From UHGV virus genome UHGV-0008871: a stretch of 47,120 nt of DNA. One strand, written 5' to 3'. This document shows, in pieces, positions 17,924-28,128 of this stretch. The translations under genes and the position numbers were made by a program. Origin of the DNA: a virus. Position 1 is the first letter of the stretch. Each line of letters starts with the position of its first letter. The notes beneath the pieces are model-generated. The model ran no database searches and was not told the origin of the DNA. It saw only the letters and a program-made list of their open reading frames with translations.

Positions 17924-18664
17924 ATGGCAAAACCGGACTGGGGAGCACTGCAACACCAGTTCCTCGCCGAGCATGCCAAAACAGGAATATCCCCGAAAGA
18001 CTGGTGCGCAGCGCAGGGACTGAATTATTCATCTGCGAAACGCTATATCAAAGTAACGACTTACGGTGCGAATTCGCAAAAAAAAAGTGCGAACAAATCT
18101 GCGAATTCGCAGAAGGAGAAAGGCGGGGTCAGTAAAAACGGGGAGGTGAAAAAAAACCAGCCCGACACAGGCGCCCACTCAAAATCTCCAGAAACGAAAC
18201 CGATACGCGGATCGCGCACTGCTCCGCCGACGAACGCCTTCCAGCCTGGCAACCAGAACGCATTAAAGCATGGTGGCTATGGCCGCCGGATGCTGCTCTC
18301 TGACGCCATCACCGAAGATGCCCAGATGCTCACGCTCGACGATGAGCTTTTCTGGCTGCGAGCGGCGAGCCTGACAGCGGCAGAGAATATCGGGCGCTGG
18401 CAGACAGAGCTGGAGACAGCCGCCAGCGAGCAGGCCAAAGATCTGCACGACCTCATCTCTCAGGCGCAGAAAGCCATGCATCGCAACACTGCGCGCATTG
18501 AGTCGCTGGAGTACACCAAGGCGGCGATTATCAAGCAGCGCGTTGATGCCGCTTACCGCGAAGCCGCGACCGAAAAGGTTGAGCTCGAAATTGATGTACT
18601 GAAAGACGGCGACAAGGATAACGCGATCGTCGTGCATAACTCGCTGCCAATACCGGGAAGATAA
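17924..18664 (+). CDS. Terminase small subunit (putative), 246 aa
   Basis: Immediately upstream of the large terminase; N-terminal HTH-like region and GNQNALKHGGY motif. Confidence 0.6.
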   Translation: MAKPDWGALQHQFLAEHAKTGISPKDWCAAQGLNYSSAKRYIKVTTYGANSQKKSANKSANSQKEKGGVSKNGEVKKNQPDTGAHSKSPETKPIRGSRTAPPTNAFQPGNQNALKHGGYGRRMLLSDAITEDAQMLTLDDELFWLRAASLTAAENIGRWQTELETAASEQAKDLHDLISQAQKAMHRNTARIESLEYTKAAIIKQRVDAAYREAATEKVELEIDVLKDGDKDNAIVVHNSLPIPGR

Positions 18665-18667
18665 ATC

Positions 18668-19999
18668 ATGGCCGACATTTACCTACCCACGCTACACAAC
18701 GGGCAGTTAACGGTCTGGTCTGATTCCTGGGATCACCAGTTGAATGCGGTTCGCTGTGGTCGACGCTGGGGGAAAACCTTCATGCTGTCGAGCGCCGCGG
18801 TGACCTACGCAACGTCGCAGTTTCGGCGCCCGGGCATGGACATCGAGCTGGGCGGCCGGGTCGGTATCTTCACTGCCGAGTATCGCCAGTACCAGGAGAT
18901 CTACGACAAGCTGGAAGAAATCCTGTTGCCGCTGAAAAAGAGCTTCAGCCGGCAGGAAAAGCGACTGCTGCTGAAGAACGGCGGGAAGATTGACTTCTGG
19001 GTCACCAACGACAACAAACTGGCCGGTCGTGGTCGTGAATATGAAATTATCCTGATCGATGAGGCGGCGTTTACCAAGTCGCCTGAAATGCTGAAGGAAA
19101 TCTGGCCGAAGTCGATTAAGCCGACGCTGCTGACGACAAAGGGCCGGGCTTACGTATTCTCAACGCCTGACGGTGTGGACGAAGAAAATTTCTTCTATGC
19201 CATCTGCCATAACAAAGACCTCGGCTTCCATGAGCATCACGCGCCGACGTCATCAAACCCCTTCGTTCCTCCCGAGGAGCTGGAGAAAGAGCGACAGAAC
19301 AACGATCCTCGCGTTTTCCGGCAGGAGTTCTTGGCCGAGTTCGTCGACTGGTCCGCTGCGTCGCTGTTCGACGTCCGCAAATGGTTCGAGGGTGAAAACC
19401 AGGATCAGCCTGTCGATTACCCTGAGATGTGCCAGGCCGTTTTCGCTGTCATGGATACCGCCGTTAAGGGCGGTACTGAGCACGACGGCACGGCGGTGGT
19501 TTACTACGCCGTCGACACCCGGCCCGGAATTCAGCGCCTGACCATTCTTGACTGGGATGTGGTGCAGATCGACGGCGCGCTGCTGGAAGAGTGGATTCCG
19601 TCCGTTTTCACCAGGCTGAATGAGCTATCCGGCCAGTGCGTCGCTGTAAATGGCAGCCTCGGCGTTTTCATTGAAGACGCCAGTATGGGCAGCATCCTCC
19701 TGCAGAAAGGCGAGAGCCTGGGATGGCCGGTCAACAAAATTGAATCCGCCCTGACCAGCAAAGGGAAGGACGAGCGCGCCATTATGGCCTCTGGGTATCA
19801 CTACCGCGGGCTGGCGAAAATATCCCGATACGCCTACGAGAAGACGGCAGTCTTCAAGGGCGAAACAGCAAACCATCTGCATAAGCAGGTATCACGATTC
19901 CACCTTGCCGATAAGAACGCGCACAAGCGCGCCGACGATTTGCTGGATGATTACACCTACGGGCTGATCATCGCGTTCGGTAGCGGCGACGCACTCTAG
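18668..19999 (+). CDS. Terminase large subunit (ATPase plus nuclease), 443 aa
   Basis: Walker A GRRWGKT and Walker B ILIDEA; size and position. Confidence 0.85.
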   Translation: MADIYLPTLHNGQLTVWSDSWDHQLNAVRCGRRWGKTFMLSSAAVTYATSQFRRPGMDIELGGRVGIFTAEYRQYQEIYDKLEEILLPLKKSFSRQEKRLLLKNGGKIDFWVTNDNKLAGRGREYEIILIDEAAFTKSPEMLKEIWPKSIKPTLLTTKGRAYVFSTPDGVDEENFFYAICHNKDLGFHEHHAPTSSNPFVPPEELEKERQNNDPRVFRQEFLAEFVDWSAASLFDVRKWFEGENQDQPVDYPEMCQAVFAVMDTAVKGGTEHDGTAVVYYAVDTRPGIQRLTILDWDVVQIDGALLEEWIPSVFTRLNELSGQCVAVNGSLGVFIEDASMGSILLQKGESLGWPVNKIESALTSKGKDERAIMASGYHYRGLAKISRYAYEKTAVFKGETANHLHKQVSRFHLADKNAHKRADDLLDDYTYGLIIAFGSGDAL

Positions 20000-20010
20000 C
20001 GAGAAAACCA

Positions 20011-21426
20011 ATGAACGAAGATGATATCGCAATCGGCAGTTGCTCGCCGGAGCTGATCACGCTCCTGGACAGCGATGACATTCAGCCGGGTATGTCGGCT
20101 GGCTATCAGACCTGCAAAACGATTTACCTCTTCCACCCGTTGGGCGGGAAAATGGTAGATCGCCCGATCAAGATGGCGATGAACGAGTCGCGCACGGTTC
20201 ACATTTCGCAGGCGTATGGCATTGAGCAGCGTCTCCGCGATGCATTTGAGCGGGAGTGGAAAGCACTGGGCGCCGATAAGCACATCGCTAATGCGGCGCG
20301 CATCTCTCGCATTTACGGTGTTTCGGCGATCGCAATGCTGGTTGATAACCAGGAGCCGTCCTCTGCGGTGGACTACCGCACGCTGTATAAGCACAACGTG
20401 ACATTCAACATTCTCGACCCGCTGAACACTGCCGGAAGCATCGTCCTGAACCAGGATCCGAACGCGCAGGACTTTCAGAAGGTCGACGGGATCAGAGTGG
20501 CGGGCAAGCCGTATCACAAATCCCGCTGTGTTGTGCAACAGAACGAGGACCCGATTTATCTGGCCTATAACTCTGCTGCCTTTGGCTTTACCGGTCGCAG
20601 CGTTTACCAGCGCGCTCTGTTCCCGCTGAAATCCTTCATCCAGACCATGCGCACCGATGACATGGTTTCCGTGAAGGGTGGCTTGCTGGTAACGAAGATT
20701 CAGGGACCTAGCTCAGTCGTCAACAACATGATGCAAAAGCTCAGCGGCATCAAACGAATGATGCTGAAGCGAGGGAAGACAGGCGAAGTCCTGCAGATCG
20801 GCGCAAATGACAGCATCGAATCCATCGACCTGAGCAACCTGGAAAAGCCGCTCGACTCCTCCCGGAATCACATTCTGGAGAATATCGCTGCGGCAGCTGA
20901 CATGCCGGCTATCATTCTGAACTCGGAAACATTCGCCCAGGGCTTCGGCGAGGGGACGGAAGACGCTCGATCTGTTGCAGTCTACATCGACAACATCCGC
21001 GAGTGGCTTGAGCCGCTGTATGACTATTTCATCCGTATTTGCCAGTATCGCGCCTGGAGCATTGAGTTTTTCAATTCTCTGCGTGCTGACTTCCCGGAGC
21101 TTAAAAACACGTACAGCCTGTATTTCTCCTCATGGATTAACAACTTCGAATATCGCTGGCCGTCATCCCTGAAAGAGCCGGAAAGCGAAAAAGTGAAGGT
21201 CGACGAAATCCGCTTTAAGGCCATCGTCAGCATGCTGGAAGTCCTTCTCCCGCAGGTCAACACGGATGATGAGAACCGCGCGCTTCTTATCGAGTGGGCG
21301 CAGACCAACGCGAACGCTAACGAAAGCCTGTTCCCGCAGCGACTTGATCTCGATATCGACTCGTTAAAGGCTAACCGGCCTGAACAGCCACGGGATGAAG
21401 AGCCCGGCGGCGGGATGATGCTATGA
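20011..21426 (+). CDS. Portal protein (putative), 471 aa
   Basis: Gene following the large terminase, size typical of portal proteins; acidic C-terminus. Confidence 0.65.
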   Translation: MNEDDIAIGSCSPELITLLDSDDIQPGMSAGYQTCKTIYLFHPLGGKMVDRPIKMAMNESRTVHISQAYGIEQRLRDAFEREWKALGADKHIANAARISRIYGVSAIAMLVDNQEPSSAVDYRTLYKHNVTFNILDPLNTAGSIVLNQDPNAQDFQKVDGIRVAGKPYHKSRCVVQQNEDPIYLAYNSAAFGFTGRSVYQRALFPLKSFIQTMRTDDMVSVKGGLLVTKIQGPSSVVNNMMQKLSGIKRMMLKRGKTGEVLQIGANDSIESIDLSNLEKPLDSSRNHILENIAAAADMPAIILNSETFAQGFGEGTEDARSVAVYIDNIREWLEPLYDYFIRICQYRAWSIEFFNSLRADFPELKNTYSLYFSSWINNFEYRWPSSLKEPESEKVKVDEIRFKAIVSMLEVLLPQVNTDDENRALLIEWAQTNANANESLFPQRLDLDIDSLKANRPEQPRDEEPGGGMML

Positions 21427-22244
21427 AGACTTTCACGCGCACCGTACGCGAGGCGGTGAAGTTCTTTCTGCGCAATGGCTACACCTCGAGGCAGGAGCTG
21501 GAGCAATGGCAGGCCATTATCCGGCAGGCGGGCGAAAGCGAAACCGATGACGACTACATGAGCATGGTGTCGGATCGGTTGCGTAAGACCTATGACCTGC
21601 AGGTGAGCAAGGCTGGAGCGCTGGAGCGCCACAAGGGGCTTTCGCGCTTCACGCTGAACTACATGGAGCCGAAGTTACGCAGCGAGCTGGATCGCCGCAT
21701 CCTGGCCAGCGCTGACCTGATAAAGCTGAATCGCAAGAAAGCCATCGACACTACTCTGTCGCGGTTTAGCGGATGGGCCAGCAGCATTCCCTCAGCAGAC
21801 AGCATTGCGCTGACCGGCATTCAGGGAACGATGCGGGAGACGGCGGCGCACATTCAGAAGGCCGCCGAGAAGGTGGACTATGAAGCGCGCCGCGTGATGA
21901 TTGACCAGAGCCATAAGCTGATCGCCAATATCGACAACATCATCGCGACGGGCAACAACGCGATTGCTGCCGAGTGGCATAGCCACTGGCGCCAGCCAGG
22001 GTACGACTACCGGGAAGATCACAAGGAGAGGGACAAGCTGATCTATCTCATCCGCGGGAACTGGGCGCAGAAAAATGGCTATGTCAAAGCTGGCCCCGCC
22101 GGCTATCTCGACGAAATCACACAGCCTGGCGAAGAGGTTTTCTGTCGGTGCTACGTCACCTATCTGTACAACCTCCGCAGCATTCCCGAGGACATGCTGA
22201 CCCAGAAGGGCCGCAAGTTCCTGGAGTCCATGAAAGCAGCATAG
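21423..22244 (+). CDS. Head morphogenesis / minor head protein (putative MuF/SPP1 gp7-like), 273 aa
   Basis: Position after portal with translational coupling; called by synteny. Confidence 0.5.
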   Translation: MKTFTRTVREAVKFFLRNGYTSRQELEQWQAIIRQAGESETDDDYMSMVSDRLRKTYDLQVSKAGALERHKGLSRFTLNYMEPKLRSELDRRILASADLIKLNRKKAIDTTLSRFSGWASSIPSADSIALTGIQGTMRETAAHIQKAAEKVDYEARRVMIDQSHKLIANIDNIIATGNNAIAAEWHSHWRQPGYDYREDHKERDKLIYLIRGNWAQKNGYVKAGPAGYLDEITQPGEEVFCRCYVTYLYNLRSIPEDMLTQKGRKFLESMKAA

Positions 22245-22256
22245 GAGCATTAAAAC

Positions 22257-23870
22257 GTGGCTATTTTTGGCAGCGGGATAATGTTCCGTCAGGGGAAGTT
22301 CGTCTTCCTGATCCAGCGCTCGGATGATGGCACATGGTGCCAGCCGGGCGGGACGATAGAGCCGGGAGAGTTAGCCATAGACGCCGCACGGCGCGAGGTG
22401 CTGGAGGAAACAGGCTATCAGTACGATGGCCCGCTGACGCCGCACAGCGTACATGGTGACTACCTGACCTACCGCGCCGACGTGCCGGAGCAATTCGAAG
22501 CGAAGATAAACGACGAATCGCTGGCCGCCGGATGGTTCCATATTGAAGATCTGCCAAAGCCGCTTCATCAGCCATTCGCTGAAATGCTGGCGCAGCAGGC
22601 GCTCAACGAAACCGACGTGGCCGCGCTCATCGCTGACGGAACGCTCAGCAGCCCGCAATATTTTTACAACATGTGGATGTTCGCCATCCGGGTGACCGGA
22701 ACAGGGGTTACCTGGCGATCTGCAGATCAGGAGATGACGTTCCGTAACCCGGACGACTATCTCACCCCTGAATTTCTCCAGCGGGTAGCTGGCGTACCAC
22801 TTATCTGGCTTCACCCCGAAAAAAGAACACTTGATAGCGACGAGTTCTCAAAGCGCGTTATTGGCACCCTGACAAATGCCTGGGTTGCCGATAAGGGCGA
22901 AGTGTGGGCCGTTGCGCGTGTGTACGACGCCGAAGCTGCTGAAATTATGGCAACAAGGCAATTAAGCACCTCGCCAACTGTGAAGTTCTCAGAGGTTGCT
23001 CAATCAATCATTGTCGACGGTCAGCCTCTACTGGTGGAGCCATCCCCCGAGCTGCTCGACCACGTTGCAATTTGTGAACAGGGCGTGTGGGACAAGCTCC
23101 TTGCCCCTACCGGTGTTAAATCTGATTCCATTCCTGAAGAGGCTGAAAAGATGGACGAGGAAAAAATCGTAGCGCTGATTAATAAGGCGATCGATGCGCG
23201 TTTGGCTAAGGCCGACGAAGAGAAGGAAGCGAAAGCCAAGGCTGACGCCGAAGAGGCCGCCAAGAAAGAAAAGGCTGACGCAGAAGACAAAGAAGCGGAA
23301 GAGGCGAAAGCTAAAGCCGACGCGGAAGAGAAAGCCGCGAAGGAAAAAGCTGATGCTGAAGCCAAAGAAAAGGCGGATGCCGAAGAGGCTGAGAAAATGG
23401 CAAAAGAAAAAGCCGACTCTCAAATCCTCCAGGAAATTGCTGAGCTTCGCTCCCGCATTCCTACCGAACTGAGCGACGAAGAGCGCAACGAAGTTGCAGA
23501 AGCGCAGGTGAAAGCCGATAGCGTCTTCTCCAGCTTTGGCAAACGCGCCCCGATCCCGCTGTCCGGTGAAAAACCGATGGCGTATCGCCGCCGTCTGATG
23601 ATTCAACTGCAGGAGCATTCTCCGGACTACAAAGCCGTCGATCTCTCTGCCATCGCTGATTCTCAACTGCTGAGCACTGCCGAAAAGCATATCTACGCTG
23701 ATGCGCAGAAGGCGGCCAGCCTGTCAGTTGGTCCCGGTATGCTGCGCGAGATTAAGCGCGCCGATGCAACCGGTCGCCAGATCAGCACCTTTGAAGGCGA
23801 TCCCGCCGTCACCTGGGCGCCGTTCCAGTCTGGCAAGCGTCAGGTCACCAGTTTTAACAACCAGGCTTAA
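22257..23870 (+). CDS. Head scaffold-like protein with N-terminal Nudix hydrolase domain and internal Lys/Ala/Glu/Asp-rich repeat region (537 aa)
   Basis: Canonical Nudix box [23 protein letters not shown] (GX5EX7REUXEEXGU) at residues ~30-53; KADAEE-type repeats at residues ~315-380; position between head morphogenesis and capsid genes. Confidence 0.6.
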   Translation: MAIFGSGIMFRQGKFVFLIQRSDDGTWCQPGGTIEPGELAIDAARREVLEETGYQYDGPLTPHSVHGDYLTYRADVPEQFEAKINDESLAAGWFHIEDLPKPLHQPFAEMLAQQALNETDVAALIADGTLSSPQYFYNMWMFAIRVTGTGVTWRSADQEMTFRNPDDYLTPEFLQRVAGVPLIWLHPEKRTLDSDEFSKRVIGTLTNAWVADKGEVWAVARVYDAEAAEIMATRQLSTSPTVKFSEVAQSIIVDGQPLLVEPSPELLDHVAICEQGVWDKLLAPTGVKSDSIPEEAEKMDEEKIVALINKAIDARLAKADEEKEAKAKADAEEAAKKEKADAEDKEAEEAKAKADAEEKAAKEKADAEAKEKADAEEAEKMAKEKADSQILQEIAELRSRIPTELSDEERNEVAEAQVKADSVFSSFGKRAPIPLSGEKPMAYRRRLMIQLQEHSPDYKAVDLSAIADSQLLSTAEKHIYADAQKAASLSVGPGMLREIKRADATGRQISTFEGDPAVTWAPFQSGKRQVTSFNNQA

Positions 23871-23885
23871 CGGGAGCTCTGAAGC

Positions 23886-24746
23886 ATGGCTAATTTATCT
23901 CTTAACCCGATGGCGACCACGAATGCCGCTGGTTCCTTCGGTGTGCAGTCTGATGGCTTCATTCAGGGCGTTGCTCTGGATGATCCGGCAAATCGCTTTA
24001 ACCTGGCGTCCGGCACTGTCGCCGCCACCGAAACCAAACCGCTGTGGGGTGGCCTGCCGGTTGCCGAGTTGCTGCCCGGCGTGAACTCCAGTCCTCGCGG
24101 GTCGACTATTCGTCGCGCTGTGTCACTGGCTGAACTCGAAGGCTTCACCGTCTTCAACCAGGCCCACAACGGCCTTACCACTCCGCAATCACCGGTTCCG
24201 CTGTATGCGTCCGGCATGAGCGTTTCATTCTACCGCCTTGGATCCAACATGCGCGTTCCGCTGAAAGCTTCAGCGCAGGTGGTAGCGCTCGGAACCGCTG
24301 GCGCATCGGTGAAAACGCCGCTGGCGTGGGACTTCGTCAATAACCAGGTGACCACCGCAGCCGCGGCGGCTTTTGCCGGTGCTGACATTGACACGACCGC
24401 TGTTACCTACTCGAACGGCGTGGCCACCGCCACCACTGCCTCTGCACATGGTCTGACTGCAGGCCAGTACGTGAAGATCAGCGGCGTAGCTCCGACTGCC
24501 TATAACGGCACCGTCGTTGTGCTGAGCGTACCGAGTACGACAACCTTCACCTATGCGCCTGCCAGCGCGCCGGGCGGCTCCACGACCACGCAGGGCACTA
24601 TCGGCGCTGTTGCTCAGGCAGACATCACCCTGCCAGTGAAAGTCATCTCCATCGAGAGTGGGAACTCTAAAACTGTCAGCTATGACAGCGCTACGGGCTT
24701 CCTTACCTGGAACAACACCGACAGCTGCGCGCTGGTCTTACTTTAA
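23886..24746 (+). CDS. Putative head structural/decoration protein with Ser/Thr/Ala-rich beta domain (286 aa)
   Basis: Between scaffold-like and capsid genes; contains a ~55-aa domain also found in the sheath-like protein (28129-29523). Confidence 0.45.
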   Translation: MANLSLNPMATTNAAGSFGVQSDGFIQGVALDDPANRFNLASGTVAATETKPLWGGLPVAELLPGVNSSPRGSTIRRAVSLAELEGFTVFNQAHNGLTTPQSPVPLYASGMSVSFYRLGSNMRVPLKASAQVVALGTAGASVKTPLAWDFVNNQVTTAAAAAFAGADIDTTAVTYSNGVATATTASAHGLTAGQYVKISGVAPTAYNGTVVVLSVPSTTTFTYAPASAPGGSTTTQGTIGAVAQADITLPVKVISIESGNSKTVSYDSATGFLTWNNTDSCALVLL

Positions 24747-24759
24747 TCGGGAGCTTTAA

Positions 24760-25791
24760 ATGGCTGCAATTACCCCCAGCTACACCATCGTCAACCCGTC
24801 GTATATTGCGCCGGAGTTGATCATTGGTTACCAGCAGGCGTCCGGTGCGTTCGAAACCATCGCCAGCGGTAACCCGCAGGTCCGCCTTGGCGTAGGCGAC
24901 CAGTACGTTTATATGCGCCGCCTGGATATTCGTACCCAGGTAACCTCCAGCCAGTCCGGCAACGCCAACCAGCTGCCGAGCGTGGCGCTCGAGGCGCGCA
25001 TGATCTCCACTCCAACCTACCTGTTCCGCTGCCGTGGTATCTACGATCACCACGACACCGCGGCGGCCGGTAACTGGAACGTGGCTCTGCCAGAAGCTCA
25101 GCGTCTCGGCATGCGTCAGGGCATCTTCCAGCAGTTGCGTTCTGCGCTGCTGTACGGCATGAACCCGGCAGGCGGCGAAGGTCTGCTGAACACCGCAGGC
25201 GCGACCACCGAAACCCTGCCGCCGGACAGCAACAGCAACACCACTGTGCTGACCTACGACCATGGACAGATGGCTGTCTATCTGCTGGGCCATGTACAGG
25301 CCGCGCTGACCCGCACCATGCAACTGGGTCGCCAGCAGCGTGTTGTTATCCTCGGTCCGCAGCGAGTGCTGGGCGCGATGGAGATTCAGCAGATCGTTCA
25401 GCTGACATCTTATCAGCGTCCTGGCGGCGGTACTGATACCGTCGGCGGCACCGTGAAAGAGGTTCTCCGTGGCGCGAATGTTCAGGTTGACTGGGTGTAC
25501 GACGACACGCTGATCGGCGCCGGTGCCGGAGGTACTGACGCGGTGGTTATCACCATCCCGGAAGTGGAAGTGCCGATGGTTAACTCCACCGTGAACACCA
25601 ACGAATTCGCCAAACTGAGCCCGTCTCTTGCGGCGAACGCCCTGATGTTCACCGACATGGCTGCACCGATGGAAATCCCGACGCCAATCCCCGGGGGCGC
25701 TATCGACGTGCTGTCAGAAATGCGCTCTACGGCTGGCTGGGCAGTCCGTCCGGAAGCTATCACCATCCTGTCGATGAAATACAGCGACTAA
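24760..25791 (+). CDS. Major capsid protein (putative), 343 aa
   Basis: Size, position and a strong terminator immediately downstream; no sequence-level recognition. Confidence 0.55.
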   Translation: MAAITPSYTIVNPSYIAPELIIGYQQASGAFETIASGNPQVRLGVGDQYVYMRRLDIRTQVTSSQSGNANQLPSVALEARMISTPTYLFRCRGIYDHHDTAAAGNWNVALPEAQRLGMRQGIFQQLRSALLYGMNPAGGEGLLNTAGATTETLPPDSNSNTTVLTYDHGQMAVYLLGHVQAALTRTMQLGRQQRVVILGPQRVLGAMEIQQIVQLTSYQRPGGGTDTVGGTVKEVLRGANVQVDWVYDDTLIGAGAGGTDAVVITIPEVEVPMVNSTVNTNEFAKLSPSLAANALMFTDMAAPMEIPTPIPGGAIDVLSEMRSTAGWAVRPEAITILSMKYSD

Positions 25792-25815
25792 AACTCGAAA
25801 TTGAGAAGTGCTTAA

Positions 25816-25849
25816 GCCTCTGCATGGTTCGCTGTGCAGGGGCTTTTTT
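25816..25849 (+). terminator. Rho-independent terminator after the putative capsid gene
   Basis: Hairpin cctctgca…tgcagggg followed by cttttttac. Confidence 0.6.
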
Positions 25850-25863
25850 ACGAAGGGTAAACA

Positions 25864-26346
25864 ATGAAACTGTACATCGCCAACACTACCAAGCAGCGCC
25901 ACATCTTCACTTTCCGCCAGCTGGAAACCGGGCGCCTTCGCCAGATCCCCATTGAGCACGGCTCACAGATGCTGGTTCTGGATGGCTCGACCGAAGAAGT
26001 CGAAGCGGTTATTCAGCATCATCAGGTTTACGGTCTGGTTGACTCAACCAAAATCGACCAGAGCCAGGCATTTGTCGGCCTGTGCTACAGCATCAACAAA
26101 CCCGTTTCCGCCAGCGTTATTGAGAAAACCATTCGCGATAACGATGGTCATCTGACCCGCGGGGCTCATAACCGCCGGCAGGCATCAGTCGCCGCGCTGG
26201 ATAACACACTGCGCGAAAGCGGTATCGGCTACGAAGGTGACATGGAATTCAGCGCAGAGCAGGCCAAGGGGCGCGATGACCATTCAGACGACCCGACCAT
26301 CAACGAAAAAATTGTCACGCCGAAAGCCGGGAGCAAGAAGAAATGA
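25864..26346 (+). CDS. Hypothetical head-tail joining region protein (160 aa)
   Basis: ORF in the co-oriented structural operon. Confidence 0.5.
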   Translation: MKLYIANTTKQRHIFTFRQLETGRLRQIPIEHGSQMLVLDGSTEEVEAVIQHHQVYGLVDSTKIDQSQAFVGLCYSINKPVSASVIEKTIRDNDGHLTRGAHNRRQASVAALDNTLRESGIGYEGDMEFSAEQAKGRDDHSDDPTINEKIVTPKAGSKKK

Positions 26347-26771
26347 CCACCAGTCTGTCGGGATTCATCGAATTCGTTCGATCTGATATGGGAATCACCC
26401 CCGACAAGGTTCCCGACGACTCGCCGTCTTTTTCTCTCGCCTATGGCGGCGCCATTGAATGGGTTAACCCGGACATCGCGTGCGTTATGCCTAACATGTA
26501 CAGCATCGCGGTTTATAACCTTGGGGCATCGTTTCTCATCAATTACGGGACAGAGGCTGTGTTTGCTGAGTTCCGTAAACAATATGGGCTGAATGACTTC
26601 AAAGCCGGGGTTATCACGGGAGCCGGGGATAACTCTACCAGCGCACAGCGCCTGGTCCCTGATTTCTTCAAAGACCTGTCGCTGGCAGATCTGCAGATGC
26701 TCCAGGACCCGTGGGGCCGTCGCTACCTGATGATCGCTCAGCAGTTCGGTAGCCTGTGGGGCTTGTCATGA
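26343..26771 (+). CDS. Putative head-tail connector/neck protein (142 aa)
   Basis: Translationally coupled small structural ORF; role assigned by position. Confidence 0.45.
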   Translation: MTTSLSGFIEFVRSDMGITPDKVPDDSPSFSLAYGGAIEWVNPDIACVMPNMYSIAVYNLGASFLINYGTEAVFAEFRKQYGLNDFKAGVITGAGDNSTSAQRLVPDFFKDLSLADLQMLQDPWGRRYLMIAQQFGSLWGLS

Positions 26772-27202
26772 TCACCTTTCATCTGGGCGTTATCGATATC
26801 CCCTACGAGGACGAGGACACCACGACGGGGAGCGTAGCGGAAGAGCTGGAAGCGAGGTATCAGATTATGCAGACGTTCTTTGACCGCTACGGGAACGACA
26901 TCGCTGAGCTGATGAGCAAAGACCTGGCCGCAGCGCTTGAAAACATGTTCGCTGGCGCGCCGCCGGCAAAAGACCCGCTCGCTGAGTCAATGTCCAAAGT
27001 TCACGATCTCTTTGTCGGCTTCCTCGATAACACCGAGATGAACGGCCTCCCTGGTGTTCCAACGCGCCGCGCGCTTGAGGGTATATCGAAGCGCTTTAAA
27101 GGCAAAAAGGGGCCGCCGCGCCCTTCGTTCATTGACACAGGAACCTATCAGGCAGCTATGCGCGCCTGGGTAAGCGGGGTGATGAATGCCTTCCCTGAGT
27201 GA
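26756..27202 (+). CDS. Hypothetical head/tail completion protein (148 aa)
   Basis: Overlapping ORF in the structural operon. Confidence 0.45.
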   Translation: MGLVMITFHLGVIDIPYEDEDTTTGSVAEELEARYQIMQTFFDRYGNDIAELMSKDLAAALENMFAGAPPAKDPLAESMSKVHDLFVGFLDNTEMNGLPGVPTRRALEGISKRFKGKKGPPRPSFIDTGTYQAAMRAWVSGVMNAFPE

Positions 27203-28124
27203 GTTACAGAACGCCAAAACCGAGCTTAACGCTACCCTGACGCAGGGGCTGGATGATCTGAGCCGGTTCCAGGTGGTCACGTTCACGAAGTACATCAGAA
27301 AGGTGCTTCCGCTCGATGGCTTCGTGTTCTGGGTGAAAGCCTCGGTCCTGTCTGACGATCCGAACAATGAGCCGGATACGGTGGATGTGAAAGGTTATTT
27401 GCACCTGACGACAGAAACCATTCAGGACGACGAGCAACTTTACGATCGCAACGTGGTGACGTTCACCGCACAGGCGGACATCGACCCGTTTAACGACATC
27501 GGGTCAGAGGTGCTGTACATCGGCGAGTTTTTTGGCGTTCAGTTCTCGTTCTCCCGGCGTACCGGGCTGAATGAGCCGGCGAACCTGTACCACTACACCG
27601 GAGAGGCAATTTTCCCGCACATGCGGTCGCAGATCATCAACTCTGCGGATGACATAGACCTCTCTGACGTAGTGGTGTCGAGCTCGTTGCCGATCTGGTT
27701 GGCACTGAATCAGTACATGCCGATGTTCCCGGCGATGCTCTCAACGCAGAACCTTTCTCCGCCCTATGCGACGGTGAAATGCAGTAACACGTCACCGATC
27801 GCCGGCGCTTTCTATCTGGACGAGAAGCAAAACCAGTATCAGCTGGTATCGGAAGATGTGACGCTTTCGGTCACCGGCCTGCGTAACGCCAGCATTGAAG
27901 ACTTTGTGCGGTATGTGCAGGACTACACGACCGGCGATGCCCCGGAGATGGGGATCATGAATATTCCCGTCGTGCAGGATGAGCGAGTCACTCAGAACGA
28001 GCTCAACATCATTGCCATGCGTAAGACCATCAAATTCAAAATCAATTACTACCAGCAACGGATGCGTAATTTAGCGCGCCAGTTGATCACGTCTGCAATT
28101 CCGTCCATTGACCCGGAGAAATAA
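27186..28124 (+). CDS. Hypothetical structural protein (312 aa)
   Basis: ORF in the structural operon immediately upstream of the sheath-like gene. Confidence 0.45.
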   Translation: MPSLSELQNAKTELNATLTQGLDDLSRFQVVTFTKYIRKVLPLDGFVFWVKASVLSDDPNNEPDTVDVKGYLHLTTETIQDDEQLYDRNVVTFTAQADIDPFNDIGSEVLYIGEFFGVQFSFSRRTGLNEPANLYHYTGEAIFPHMRSQIINSADDIDLSDVVVSSSLPIWLALNQYMPMFPAMLSTQNLSPPYATVKCSNTSPIAGAFYLDEKQNQYQLVSEDVTLSVTGLRNASIEDFVRYVQDYTTGDAPEMGIMNIPVVQDERVTQNELNIIAMRKTIKFKINYYQQRMRNLARQLITSAIPSIDPEK

Positions 28125-28128
28125 GTAA

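Noticed and set aside
19996-20538. 180-aa minus-strand ORF overlapping the portal gene start
   Set aside because: Antisense to a well-supported structural gene, Arg-rich composition, no independent signals.
23021-23690. ORFs on the minus strand (23021-23365, 23028-23690) and a highly basic + strand ORF (23194-23472) in the head region
   Set aside because: All lie within the charged repeat tract of the scaffold-like gene; their low-complexity products are typical artefacts of translating a repeat in the wrong frame or strand.
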